Assembly: GCA_964016885.1 (NCBI GenBank) | Contig: OZ024740.1 | Coordinates: 389,422,001-389,486,000, forward strand | Direction: 5' to 3' | Source of the DNA: Eledone cirrhosa | Taxonomy: Eukaryota | Length of the DNA: 64,000 nucleotides | Part shown: positions 49,501 through 61,424 of the stretch, in pieces | How positions within the stretch are numbered: position 1 is the stretch's first letter | Layout: each line of letters begins with the position of its first letter | The notes under the pieces: generated by a model | What the model was told of the DNA's origin: nothing | The model's input: the letters and a program-made list of their open reading frames with translations, nothing else | Databases searched by the model: none | Program-made: the position numbers and the translations under genes

Positions 49501-52500
49501 TGTGCTGGAGCCTCAATAGAAAAAAAAAGCAGAGAATGTTATTGCCTTACAATGCAAAATTGAGATATTAAATTAGATATTGTCCAAGTAGTTAGAAAAA
49601 TCAGCATTTAACATGTACTTTACTTGCTAACAAGGACTGGATATGTCACCACAGACCATGTCAATACTTAGTTACGGCTACTGACTTTTCAGACTGCCTG
49701 GGAGCCCACAATCCTGCACTTTACAGTTTTCTGAGTGCATTTTAACAGGGCACCAGTACAAGGGAAATTGTCATGTTAAAAACAAAAAGGGAAGTTCATA
49801 GATTTCTGTTGTCCATTGAAACAGTTCAGGCAACAGGTATCATCATGAAAACCTCAGTAAAATTTATCAAAAAAATTAATAATACCTACCAGATGGTTCA
49901 CTGACATCACTTTCTTGATCAGATTTCTGTAGCAAATTAAAAAGAAAAAATTACATAATTAATGACTAGCTGAGACAATTCACACTGCTTACTTGCAATG
50001 TTTCCATATTATGGCATTAAATAAAAGTTATATTCTTAAAGGTCTAGCTGCATTTTCAGAAGGATCGTTTAAAGGGAGAAAATAGACTGTTGCCATGAAT
50101 ATGAGAACAGTTAATTATCTAATGTTGCATATGACAATGTAACTTATGTAAAAGAATTAATGTGTTAGAAGTATTTTTTAAAACAGCCCTAATATTTCTT
50201 GGAAAATGGATCATTATTAAATCAATATAATTCACACATGTATGTAAGTTAAAATTTATGCCTTAATTGACATAAAACATGTGCAGAAAATGTTACAATT
50301 ATGGTATTTTTCTAAATTAAAAAAACAAAACTTAAATGAGAGAGAACGACAGAGGATTGAAATATTAATTTGTAAAACATTTCTTTGTAATTTTATTTTC
50401 AAAGCATACTTAATTGTTTCAGAACCCCAACACATCCAAGAAAAAAGACAAACTGAAAGCCACCACCACTATATTCTCATAAATTAATGATGTTACATGG
50501 TCTTACAAGTATCCGCCTAGCCAGTCATCATCAGAACTAATTTAGCTAAGCTAATAATTCAAACTTTAAATATATTCTGACTATTAATCAGGCTATCCTA
50601 CTGAAAATATGGAATTATAAAGCCATCCAAGAAATTTGATCATATTTTCTGAGATTACAACAGTTAATGGAACTTGGGAAAGAAATTATCAATTTGTCAT
50701 CTAATTTAAAAATGGAAAACAAAATAAATAGAAAGGTAGATAAAAATCTAGCGATGAGTTAGCAATTGAGATAATTTTAAGAAATTAAGAATGAATTCAA
50801 AATGAATCAACATACTAGGAGAAAAAAAAAAAAAAAGTTTCAGAGGCAAATGATAGCTATGGACACCTGTTTCTGTCTCAATAGGTATCTTCAGTATAGC
50901 GCTGTGCCCAACAAATGATCCAACATAACTGTCTTTTCTACTATGACAATAGATGCGAACGAGGAATCCTCTATGTGGTTTCTTGACATGCTAGAAATAG
51001 CAGCCAAACCCAAACCATCTTTAAGTGAATTGCTATAATGGAAAATGGACATATGATGATGATGATGATGAACTAATAGAGAAAAGATAGGAAAACACTC
51101 ACCACAGTATTGTCTTTTAAGATACCATTATGCCAGCGGTTTTCAAGTACTTTTAGTTCAGCCATTCGTTCTTGGCGAATTCTTTCAGCCAATGACTGAG
51201 TGGTGGTACTCTGCTGTTGAGATTCAAATAAACGCTGTTGAATTGCTTTCATAGCACAGCTGGCTTTGGAAGGACTCAGAGGTTTAGGTGGAGACTGAGA
51301 TTTCGCATCAACAGAATTAGATTTGACAATAGCTGATTCAACTTTCCTCATCATTGCAGGAGATTTAGGAACACCAACACTTGTGGGAATATTGACAGAC
51401 ACTGGTCTTACAGGAGTTGTAGGACAAGACAATACAGCACCTTTAGGTTTTATCATCTTGGACGATTCAGTACTTCCACTAGCAGTCACCTGTTCCCATG
51501 CAGACATGCGAGCATTCACTGGATATGCAGTTGGTTCCTTCTCCGTCAGCACTTCAAGGGTGTCAACTTTCTTCTGCCATTCAGCCATCCTCTGAGAAAC
51601 TGGCTGGCTTGTTGGTTCAAAACTCTCCCGGCGTTTGCTGTTCTTTTTCACATTTACAGGTTCAGCTGCAGGAGCATTATATGCTGCAGTTGGTGTCACA
51701 CTTGAGGATACAATGTTAACCTGCATCGAAGAAGTATCCGATGACTGGGAAGAATGCTGATTACTCACTGCAACTGTGTTTTGTTTTGGTGTCGATGGAA
51801 CCCTCAGGTTCTTTTCCAGTTGTGCAACTTTTGATGATAAGTTTTGACTGCATCTATTACTAACAGGGGTAGCAGTTTTAAAATTTGGCTGGATACTCTC
51901 ACTTTTAGAAGGACTTACAAGATTTGCAGAGCTAGTATCTGTCTGAGACACTTTCTTTGACCATTTAGCCAATCGCTCAGAGACTGGTTTGTTAGTTGGT
52001 TCATCATCTGTTGTTTCCCCCTGAGTTATAGAATCATTTAATCCCCTAGCATTAACAGGTATTTCACTGGGGATATTCTTCAAATGATCCTGACTACTAG
52101 ATTTTGTATAAATACCCTTTTTGTTGTTTCTTTGTGACATCTGCTGTCGTGACAGGGTATCAATGGCTGTTTCTAAGTCATCTGCAGGCTTGAAAGATGG
52201 AGCAAGAGGTGCTGGGGATCTTGAACCATAGTTAAATGTAGGACCAGGAGACTTTGAACGTGTCGGTACAGGTGATCGTGATGTAGATGCCAAAGGTGCA
52301 GCTGATTTGGAGCGAGGAGATCTCAAATGAGGTGCAATTGGAGCAGTAGACCTTGATCGAGAATCTCGTGTTCCCAACACTTCAGTAGAAGCATCAGTCA
52401 TCACTGTATCATTATCCTTGTCAACTAAATACATAGAGTTGGGTCGACTGTAAAACAACAACAAAAAAAAGTGAGTTAGCAACCGGAAGGACATCCAATC

Positions 52501-55500
52501 AGAATTCTACCTCGAAAAACTTTTGCCCAGCTCATGTCAGCATGGTAAATAACAAAAATCAATGACATGAAACACTATGAGTAGCAGAAAAAAAAAAAAA
52601 TTCATCACTTCACATGTCTGTCCTTTCTCCACCAACCCACCCACTCCTGTCCACACCATCCTTACACTGAACAAAACATATCCAGCCCACACTGTAAAGT
52701 GGTCATGTAGGAGTCACAGCTAAAAGCACCCAGTCCACACTGTAAAGTGGTTGGCATTAGGAGTGGCATCCAGTCAGAAAAAGCCCTATTCGAGTAAGAC
52801 ACCGGCACCTGACCCAACTCACCTCAAATGGGACGACCTGTCTAACCCATGCTAGCGTGGAAAATGGACATTAAATGATGATGAATAGTGTCAGTTCTTT
52901 TTATGTCAAGCATATGTTGTCACTTGCTCTTTAGCTGTTTCTTTCTCCAGCTGCCCCTCACTTTGTTGTCCCTAACACACATTGTAATCATTAACTTATT
53001 GTAACAGCATTTCAACACTTATTTGATTTTAGCAATGATTAGATCCAAAGAGTTGGAAACTAAAAACTGAGTTCAACATAATTTTTCATGTACTAACAAT
53101 GACTGTTTAAAATGGAAACCTAACTCGCCAATTACTATACATAGGTCAAAAATAGAAATTTTATAGCATAAGCTGGAATTTTAGAATTCCTATTTGGCAT
53201 TAAAAATACCATACTGCCATAAAATCTCAAGTGCACACCAAGAGAATGACTCCATACCTTTATTTAATAGGGGACATGAGATCTCAATTTATGCTGGATA
53301 CACTGTAAATGTTGTTGGTGTTAGGAAGGGAATCCAGCCATAGAAAACCTGCTAGATAGTCCTATACAAGCGAGACATGGTCACCCAACCAATCTTGCCT
53401 CAAGTGGGACAATTCCCGTCTAACCCATGCTTGTGTAGCATGGAAAAATAAACAATAATGATGATAAACAACAATACCTTTACTAATGACAAATACAGAA
53501 CGAAGGAGACACACACAACAGATTTCTTTCAGTTTCTATCTACCAATTTCACTCAGAGTGCATTGGTCAGCTCAATGCCTGTGACTCAAATATAACAAAA
53601 ATATATTTGGACAGAGAAAAATGTGAGACTAATATATAAATACTATTGGGTAACTGATTATACACACATATACATTGCAATACCTAAGAATGCCTGAAAT
53701 AAGTCCACATTTTAGATGCTAGACTTCTTTGAAGTAAGATATATCGATCGTTAAATCATACAGGAACCGTTTCAGGCCATCAAATAAGTCACATTACTTT
53801 TAGTACAGCTAGCTGAAAAATTTACACAATATCTCTAACAAATTATCAGTGAGTATCCAGCTTCAAAATACTATCTCCAAATGCAACCATACAGAGGTCA
53901 AAATCATTTAAAGCAAACAATGAAAATAATTTGACTAGTAACAATGTTAAATAAATAACAAGATGAACTGACCTGACAGGATCATGTTTTGAATAGTCAT
54001 CATCCCAAGCATTAATACGCTGGGCAAGACTGGCCAAACGAGAGCAGCATTGTGGTTTGAATACCTCTGTGATAGGATCTCTATTCTCTTCTTGGCAAAG
54101 AGACTTCCGTGGTACTGGGACAGGAACATACTCTCCATCATCTAAAAATAAAAAGATGAAGGCCTTCACGAAAACAATTCCTGCCATCAACTTTATTCTT
54201 CCCTTCACTATATGCTGCCGTTTCTTTATAGCTCAGACAAAAGTAAACTGCTTGGTAAGTCAAGCTTATCTATCTGCAATAATATCAAAAACCTACTCAG
54301 AGAAAGTATTTGATAAAAATTGAAAGAAATATTTAAATTCATAATTACACATATATAAAATAAGTGCAGAAACTTACCAGAACTTAGACAAATGTTAGTC
54401 AACTCATTTCTTCGTGACTGAACACCACGAATAGCTGGTGTGTCTGGTTTTATATTCCGTTCTGCTGATCGAAGACACTGACGTTTAGGTGAATCTAATA
54501 AATAAGAATAGTTAGAAAAATCATGTACACTTTGAAACAAAGTAAAAACCTGATGAAAATAAATGTTCTACGTGTCAAATAGGTTAATTTACCTAACTCC
54601 CAGTTTAGTCAAACGTTTTTAATCACCGGCTACTTAAAGTATTAATACTGAAATTTAAATATCTAAAACCTCCAGCATTTTATTTATATATAAAGTTACA
54701 AATACTTTATTAAACCAACATATTGATCATATTGAAAATTAATTGAAACACAAGCAGTCTGCTCACTGGAAATATAGACATAAAAGGGTTAACAGGACAT
54801 TAAAAATTATGTTTAGTTACCCTTTTGTTACCCTATTTTTAGTTGAAACCCATTTTGGCCGCTTGTGTTCACGATCATATTCTTTCGGGCATTACCCAAG
54901 ATTCATGACCATAGGTAAGGGTTGACACGAATACTGAATTGAAGATAGCGAGTTTGGCTTTTACGCCTTCCTCCCTTCTGATTACCGAATGCTGAAGCTG
55001 GCACTTTCAATCATAAAAAGGGTTATGAAATTAACTAAATTTCTTTTAACATTCAGAGGAGGAGGAATAACATTTTCAGGGCCTCAAACTTAAAGTGAGG
55101 AAGAAACCTCGGGTTGGAGACTTGCATCTGAATTCTTACAACAGAATGAACACAACTAAAATTAAAACAAAGGTATAGTTGGTGGGGATTAAACCAAGCA
55201 GCAGATTTTATCTACAATGCCTACATTTTAGTTCAGAATGGAAGCAGTTGCCAAGTTAATTTAATTTCCAAGTACTATATATCTTAAAAACAAAAACACT
55301 GAATTATATTCTTTCCTCCTACAAAATAGATTCATAAACTATAAAATTTGAATGGAGGGGGTTTAATTGGTTCAATTAACTTTCATACATAATTTATTTT
55401 ATTGACCCTTAAAAGGACAAAAGATGTAGTGAACCCTCATGGGATTTGATCTCAAAATGTAGAATGATAGAAATTAATACTGAAGGGAATATAGTGTTTA

Positions 55501-57523
55501 CTATTTCTACTGCACTTTGCCCCCCTCCCGCCTTTTTTTTTAACAAAAATATTTCTATGACAAAATGATACCAAATATAGTTCCGTATAATAAAACCTCT
55601 AATAGGCCAATCTGATTTTGAAAATGCTAAATTGGCATAATTGTTACTTGATAGACCAACTAAAAGAAGACAAAAAAATAAACATTAAAAAAAAAAATCT
55701 TTAAATATTTAAAATACTTATTTTATTAGGAAAATAGTTGCAATTTAATATCATTAGACATGATGCTAGTCTGTGCAGCTAACTTTACAAGAAAAACTTG
55801 GTCTTCAACACAGCAGAATAATCAGAACAATGCTGCATTGTGTCCCATCAAACAGTTAATTTGAACTTACTATTCACCCCTTTTTGATTTTACACAATTC
55901 TAAATACACAAATTTATATGTAAACATCTTTTAGAAATGTGCAATATAAGAAAATGGTAAAACAATTTATATATTCTGAAGACCCGCCCTCTATTATTCT
56001 CAGACTGAGGCTTATACCTAGTAGGTAACACCTTCCTCAACCTTCTTCCTTCCCGTACACCTCCCTTTGCGGTAACCATCCCTCCCCTATTACCTACGTC
56101 CGCAATTTCCCCAAGCTTCCCTCCCTCCCTAGTTCCAAGACAAAAATACCCAGCCCCCACTGTAAAGTGGTTGTGTCGGCAACACAAAAAATGCCCAGTC
56201 CAAACTGTAATGTGGTTGTGTAGGTGACAACAAAAAGCACCCAGCACACACTGTAAATGTGGTTGGCATTAGGAAGGGCATCCAGCTGTAGAAACCAAGC
56301 CAAAATCTTCCCCGGGTGAGCTAAACATGGTCCTCTGACCTGATTCTCTCCCTAAGGGTCAACCTGTCCTACCCATGCTAGCATGGAAAATGGACATTAA
56401 ACGCTGATGGTGATAAATATAATAATTCATGTGACATATGATTTTTTTTTAAAGAAAGTATAAACTGATGGCTAAACGCCAATATAGATCAAACCCACAA
56501 CCTGATTGCTGGTTTTGCACTCTTTAATTCAGGCTTTTAACCTGAAACTATCACACGGAGACATAATATTTACATATATCAACACAGAATATTTACATAT
56601 GCCAAATTCAATCATTCACATGGAGCTTTATATTTTTGTGCTTCTGGTTTGGAAATTTCCATCAGTTCCTATGCTCTAATGCAGTGGTTCCCAAAGTGGG
56701 TTCCGCAAAGGAGTGTCTGGGGTTCCATGAAAAAAGGTAGAGGAGTATATTTATATTACAACCATATAACTGTGTTAGACTTTGGGGGTCCCCCAAAAGT
56801 TTGAGAAACCCTGAAAAAGCTTGAAAAACCCTGCTCAAATGCCAAATATATTTCTAAACCACACTACTGTAAGCTATGTCTACAAATTACTTTAAAATGA
56901 CCAGCAAGAGGATACTGGTCAAAGTAGCAAAACTCATCCAGCATCACCCACTTCCCCATCAAGGTCAGAGCTTCTAACCATCACCCCACTATCCCTCCTT
57001 ACCCATTTCTCCAAGGTCAGAGCTTCTAATCATCACCCCACTATCCCCCCATTCTTTATGAGCAGTTGAGAATGAACAAGTAAAGAGATTATAATGAAGT
57101 GGTATACTTTACATGCTGTTTAGCTGTTGATGCCAATATTAAATATTTTTTTAATATAAGCATAAAACTAAAAATTAGAATGGAGGGGTTTATTTGATTT
57201 AATCAACTCTCATACATAATTTATTTCATTGACCCCTAAAAGGACAAAAGATGAAGTGAACCCTCATGGGATTTGATTTCAAAATGTAGAATACTGAAAG
57301 AAAATTTGTCCAGTGCTTACTATTTCTATTTTGGCTGTATTACAGACAAGCACACAATCACAGAGTTTTAGTAATATATAGATAATAGCTCACCATCGTC
57401 ATCAACTGGTTGTATATTTGCTGACATGTCTTCAGACAAAGGCCTCCGTTTTCTATAGGCCCCATCTGTATCACCCATCATTTTCAATCTTTCTCTCCGT
57501 TCTTTAGTTCTTTCAATGATTTT
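34375..57523 (-). CDS. ANLN: Anillin (actin/myosin/septin-binding cytokinesis scaffold), spliced gene model, first coding exon unresolved (18 exons in window)
   Basis: Exons joined at GT-AG sites give a continuous 4008-nt frame. Motifs match recalled anillin: [79 protein letters not shown], and PH domain [22 protein letters not shown]...CARPNTFE...[10 protein letters not shown]. Confidence 0.95.
35078..35250 (-). CDS. ANLN: Anillin PH domain exon (DPLGYIDL...CARPNTFE)
   Basis: tctcag acceptor, gtatgt donor. Confidence 0.94.
35286..35495. mobile_element. TTAA-flanked MITE (family B)
   Basis: ttaacccttttc...aaaagagttaa imperfect TIRs. Confidence 0.65.
36180..36408. mobile_element. piggyBac-like MITE family A copy
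   Basis: Aligns with 9020-9235. Confidence 0.85.
37324..37431 (-). CDS. ANLN: Anillin PH domain exon ([17 protein letters not shown]...YWKYPDDE)
   Basis: tttcag acceptor, gtaact donor; highly conserved motif. Confidence 0.95.
37563..38154. mobile_element. hAT-type MITE with 8-bp TSD and a nested LINE 3' fragment (about 37848-38030, - strand)
   Basis: TSD ttctaaac at 37555-37562 and 38155-38162; CAGCGGTTGC...GCAGCCACTG termini. Confidence 0.85.
39436..39522 (-). CDS. ANLN: Anillin exon ([17 protein letters not shown]...ERGFL)
   Basis: attag acceptor, gtaagt donor; 87 nt. Confidence 0.9.
39982..40094 (-). CDS. ANLN: Anillin C2 exon ([17 protein letters not shown]...FTMDR)
   Basis: tttcag acceptor, gtaagc donor. 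Confidence 0.88.
40724..40793 (-). CDS. ANLN: Anillin polybasic loop exon ([18 protein letters not shown])
   Basis: ttacag acceptor, gtaagt donor; phases 0 to 1. Confidence 0.85.
41797..41969 (-). CDS. ANLN: Anillin homology (C2) domain exon
   Basis: [18 protein letters not shown]...[10 protein letters not shown]; cttcag acceptor, gttagg donor. Confidence 0.9.
43043..43198 (-). CDS. ANLN: Anillin exon ([10 protein letters not shown]...[12 protein letters not shown]), end of RhoA-binding domain and start of C2
   Basis: tttcag acceptor, gtaggt donor; ORF 43035..43244. Confidence 0.92.
43387..43525 (-). CDS. ANLN: Anillin RhoA-binding domain exon
   Basis: [24 protein letters not shown]...KLLLIA; tttcag acceptor, gtaagt donor. 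Confidence 0.92.
43623..44290. mobile_element. MITE family A interrupted by a CR1 fragment
   Basis: MITE halves at 43623-43681 and 44148-44290. Confidence 0.8.
43682..44147 (+). mobile_element. CR1-clade LINE 3' end with duplicated 3' UTR and (ATT)n tail
   Basis: Frame from 43682 reads RGHAYKIRK...[17 protein letters not shown]...FK, typical of the CR1 ORF2 C-terminus; ~125-bp direct duplication in about 43892-44135. Confidence 0.82.
45191..45317 (-). CDS. ANLN: Anillin exon ([13 protein letters not shown]...SILERIK)
   Basis: aacag acceptor, gttggt donor, phases 2 to 0. Confidence 0.85.
45543..45673 (-). CDS. ANLN: Anillin exon (...[13 protein letters not shown])
   Basis: caccag acceptor, gtaact donor; conserved LLYSI.xYRS. 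Confidence 0.88.
45754..46054. mobile_element. MITE family A (reverse) with a nested 5'-truncated SINE and a ~16-bp TSD
   Basis: attattctatatttac duplicated around ggggtcgataaa...gaaaca. Confidence 0.85.
47162..47388. mobile_element. piggyBac-like MITE family A copy
   Basis: TTAA-CCCTGTAGCATT...AATGCTAAAGGG-TTAA. Confidence 0.9.
47552..48041 (-). CDS. ANLN: Anillin acidic exon (...[11 protein letters not shown]...)
   Basis: ccctag acceptor, gtgagt donor; ORF 47492..48109. Confidence 0.9.
48570..48879 (-). CDS. ANLN: Anillin exon with polyproline tract
   Basis: ttccag acceptor, gtaagt donor; ORF 48566..48829. Confidence 0.88.
49890..49926 (-). CDS. ANLN: Anillin 37-nt small exon ([12 protein letters not shown])
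   Basis: ctacag acceptor, gtaggt donor; needed to convert phase 0 to phase 1. Confidence 0.82.
51103..52447 (-). CDS. ANLN: Anillin large exon including the actin-binding region
   Basis: ORF 51073..52494; ttacag acceptor, gtgagt donor. Confidence 0.92.
53973..54141 (-). CDS. ANLN: Anillin exon with myosin-II-binding-region motif [15 protein letters not shown]
   Basis: tttag acceptor, gtcagt donor; ORF 53846..54208. Confidence 0.9.
54378..54494 (-). CDS. ANLN: Anillin exon (DSPKRQC...ICLSS)
   Basis: attag acceptor, gtaagt donor, phase 1/1. Confidence 0.85.
55975..56415 (+). mobile_element. RTE-family 3' UTR with three hairpin modules
   Basis: C-rich tract, three cccag..cactgtaa.gtggttg units, aggaagggcatccagctgtag, cccatgctagcatggaaaatggac tail. 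Similar tails lie at about 1455-1670, 13800-14200, 17000-17170, 40310-40500, 52685-52885, 53300-53465, 59930-60165 and 60820-61135. Confidence 0.8.
56682..56833. mobile_element. Short hAT-type MITE
   Basis: CAGTGGTTCCCAA...AAAACCCTG ends; 8-bp TSD ctctaatg / ctcaaatg. Confidence 0.75.
57394..57523 (-). CDS. ANLN: Anillin exon ([16 protein letters not shown]...KRRPLSE)
   Basis: attag acceptor at phase 0, gtgagc donor; corresponds to recalled vertebrate KLLERTRARRENL. Confidence 0.88.
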
Positions 57524-57780
57524 CTAATATTTGAAATAAGATAAAATGGAAAAAACAGACATCAGATAATTAAAACAATGTGTAATTAAATTAAAAAGTA
57601 CAGAAAAACACGTCTATTGATACATAGTTAAAACAAGTTCTACCAAACCATAAACTCTAGTATACAATCCTCTCAGATTTCTACAAAATTATCTTCGATA
57701 TACCTAACATGCAATATTTAGAATAGCCATTTGACTGACAATATGTAAATTAAGTACTCAATACTACAGGAGATAAAACT

Positions 57781-58156
57781 TTAACCCTTTAGCATTCACA
57801 TTATATATATTACTATATTTTCATGGTAAAAGCTTTATTTCATAATTATCTCGCATAATATTGAATCTATGAGATTGACATTTATTTTGAAAACAATACT
57901 TTAACATCAGTGTGAGCAACCAGTTTGAACAGAAAGAATTGTGACAAGATATAGCCAGTTTAAATGCTAAAGGGTTAAACTGGCTGTATATGGCCAGAAT
58001 TCCCTCACCTCTTTCTGTTCAAACCGGCTGCTTATCCAACATTAAGGTATTGTTCTCAAAATAAATAACATCAAAATCTCATAGATTTGATATTATGAGA
58101 GGTAAACCGTGAAAATACAATAGTAAATATTGAGTAATGTGAATGCTAAAGAGTTA
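57781..58156. mobile_element. Two MITE A copies head-to-head sharing a TTAA
   Basis: Reverse copy 57781-57978; forward copy lacking its left TIR 57975-58156. Confidence 0.85.
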
Positions 58157-58451
58157 AAGAATAAATTCAGAATTTTCATTCATAATGTTGGCAATAACAT
58201 TGTATAATAAGATATTGATAAATATTGATGTTTATGAATTTGGTAAATTTTTGACTGAATTTATATTCAGATAATAATTATACATGGATTTATAAAAGAC
58301 CGTTTAAAATTCCAAGAATTTAGCAAATACAACAGGTATTCAAAGAAGGCTGGAGGATACAACAGTCAAAACACATCCAAGATGAGGTCATTAGTTTGGA
58401 TATAATTATGGATTTAATGGTATAAGTCATTGAACAACTGCAGATGTAAAT

Positions 58452-58622
58452 ACAGTGAAATTCCATTATAACGAAATTCATGGGGTATAAAAAAAATGTT
58501 AACGAAAAATTCATTGTAATGAAAATTCTTTATAACGAGATAAACCGAAACAAATTGAATGTTTGGGGATAGAAAAAAAAATTTGTTTTAATGGTATTCG
58601 TTATAACAGAATTTTACCTGCA
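58452..58622. mobile_element. Tc1/mariner-pogo-like MITE remnant
   Basis: tacagtgaaattccattataacgaa ... ttcgttataacagaattttacctg imperfect TIRs with repeated ttataacga. Confidence 0.55.
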
Positions 58623-59129
58623 TTAGCCTCAAGTAACTTTTCACTATTCAGCATATATACTTGTAAGGAATGAATCATTGAAAAATAACATATCTCTATC
58701 ATCTTGCATCCCTTTGACCCTCTTCTTTGGTGACATCAACTGACTAATCTCAGTTCACTTTTAACTGCTGCTCCAAACCAGAAGGAAATCTATTTACATT
58801 AAATCAAGGAATTTTTCTTTGTTGGTCTTTTAGTCACTCAAAAGTTGAATGACATCCCAAGCCACAAGTGATGAAGATTTTTTTTTTTGTCCCTATTTAG
58901 AACTTACCTGATCTACAAGAATTAATTGGAACAGATTAGTTTGTTAACTATCAAACTATGAAGAAAAAAAAAAAATTTACGTCAGTACCAGTTCAAAAGC
59001 AACATTTCCATCTACTTATTTCATTGATAATTATTTCAATCATCATCATTCTTTTACATTCGCTTTTCCATGCTTGTATGAGTTGGACTATCTTGCCACA
59101 TAAATTTTTGGCATGGTTTTTCTGACTGG

Positions 59130-59368
59130 AGGCCATGCATGTGGTTAAAAATGTCTCAGGAAAGAATCGCTGGACAGATTTTATGGGCAAAACCAACCGG
59201 CAGGAGATCCAGAGGTAGACACCGAGCGAGATAACATCCATGAGCTTGGCTGGTCTCGCTTGGGAATCCAGCCAGATAAAACGGAGACAGTTGCTTCTGA
59301 CAGGAACCGCTGGAAGAAGTGTTTGAGGACTCTTCCCCCACAACCCTCTCAGTATTAAGTGAGTGAAG
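59130..59368 (+). mobile_element. Expander/RTE-like LINE 3' fragment (same family as 350-975)
   Basis: Aligns with about 718-960. Confidence 0.85.
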
Positions 59369-61424
59369 AAGAAGGCCCTGCATATCACCAACAGCTTGGA
59401 CTGGGTGCATTTTTTCATGCCACCAACAATAGAGAGGTTGTCAGACAGGACTTTGAAAGTCCCCCTCTACTGTGTATCAGATTTTATTCAGAATAACTGC
59501 TCTGCTAGACAGGTGGCCTTTGATATGGTTTATGGAGCCCATGTCTATCCTTTGCAGTCTTATCCAGAGTAACTGCCCTCCTTGTAGCTTATGCAGCCCA
59601 TGTCAATGACATCTTATTTTAACTGGAACCCCAAGTTTTCTGATACCCTTAATAAAATTTCACACCAATCATAGCTTTACATTTTGTAAATAAAACTTAA
59701 CAGAGCATGTTCTAAATAATTTGTGTTACTGAAAACAATGAAAAGTAAAGTAAAAACTCAGAACAAATAAAAAGCTCCAACTAAATACAGCAAAATATTT
59801 GTTAGGCAGTCTACCAATTCTATCATATCAGAATAGATAATGAATCACGTACAGTAATACAGAAGACCCCCCACCCCCACCATGCGCATGGAGTCAAACA
59901 TACTTCTAGTAGGCACCTCTTAACCACTGTACCCCCACCCTTACACTGTAAAGTTATGTTGGTATCACAGCAAAAAGCATCCAGCACAATCTGAAGTGGT
60001 AGTGTGGGTGTCATGACAAAAAGCACCCCGCATCCAGCTGTAGAAACCTAGCCAGAAACAGTTCTATACGAGTAAGACAGTCACCCAATCCAACTTGCTT
60101 TAAATAGGACAACCCGTCTAACCCATGCTAGCGTAGAAAATGGACGTTAAACTATGATGGTGATTTTAAGATAAATACCAAACCCTCAAATATCTTTCAG
60201 ATGAGCTAATGAGGGCTTTCATCATCCTTCGAACATGGTTAAGAACCAATCACAAAGATATTTGACTGGCTCAATTCAATGAAATCTCAACAAAATGCCT
60301 TAGTGTCTTCATGAAGAAATCTGCAGATTTACCAGCCCTAAATTTTAAGACATCTACACAAAAACAAAATCATCAATACTTGAACAATTCTATCTAGATA
60401 TGGGGAGAAAAAGAAGGATTTGTAGATAGCTCCTAAGCATCGATCCATAGCTAACTCCATGCTAAATTTTGGATTTATATCAGTAAATTTATCAAAACAT
60501 TTGCACCAGATGAATATCCTTCCTCCACCCCACTCACATCCTTGACTCCTACCCAAAAGCAGATGCACCTTCACTATACTGCCAAGTACTGCTTACTCTT
60601 CCTTCCATCAAGACCACCCTACAACCCAACACTTATCCTACCTTCTCTTCTACAACACAACCAGATATCCCTCATTCACCCTAAGCCCACCTCTCTTGTA
60701 ACAAGCAGCCAAAACTCCACTCTCACCCACCCACTCCATATCACTGTCCTCTTAACCCGTACAAAGACGCAAGCATACTAGGGTTGAAATGTAGTAGTAC
60801 TGGTACTACAATATATACACTCAGCCCACATTGGAATGTGAAAGTGCTGGTGTCATGATAAAATAATAATGAAATTGTGTACAGTGCTCAGGTGCACTAA
60901 AACTCATCCAAGGTGTACCCAGTTAACTCTAAAGTGGTAGTACCAAGAGAAAACAAATAGGGTACAAGCCGTGGAGCTCTTTGTGCTATGAAGGGCATCC
61001 TGTTGTTGAAACCATGCACAAATGGAACGTATGAGCAAAACAGTCGCCTAACCTGTTTGTCTAACCTCAGAGCGCAACAACTAGTCTAACCCATGCAAGA
61101 ATGGGAAATAGACGTAAAACAGTGTTGGTGATGAGATAAGTGTATCTTATCAAGGAATCAACAACTAGAGAAGCTGTCGGATAATCGACAGGATTAGAAG
61201 GTCCTCTTGATGTTATCTCAAACTAAAAATAGATTTGAAACGTCGTTCAAACAAAAATCAAATTTTCAATACTGTGTAGTCATATGTAGTATTGTCATAT
61301 ATGGGTAGTAGTGTTATTAAAGTAGAGAACTGGAGACAATGTGGACTTATCTCAACATTCACAGAATGCTCTATGAAACAATCGATGGGCGGCCAACTTC
61401 ACAATGTGAAATATTAACGGTTAA

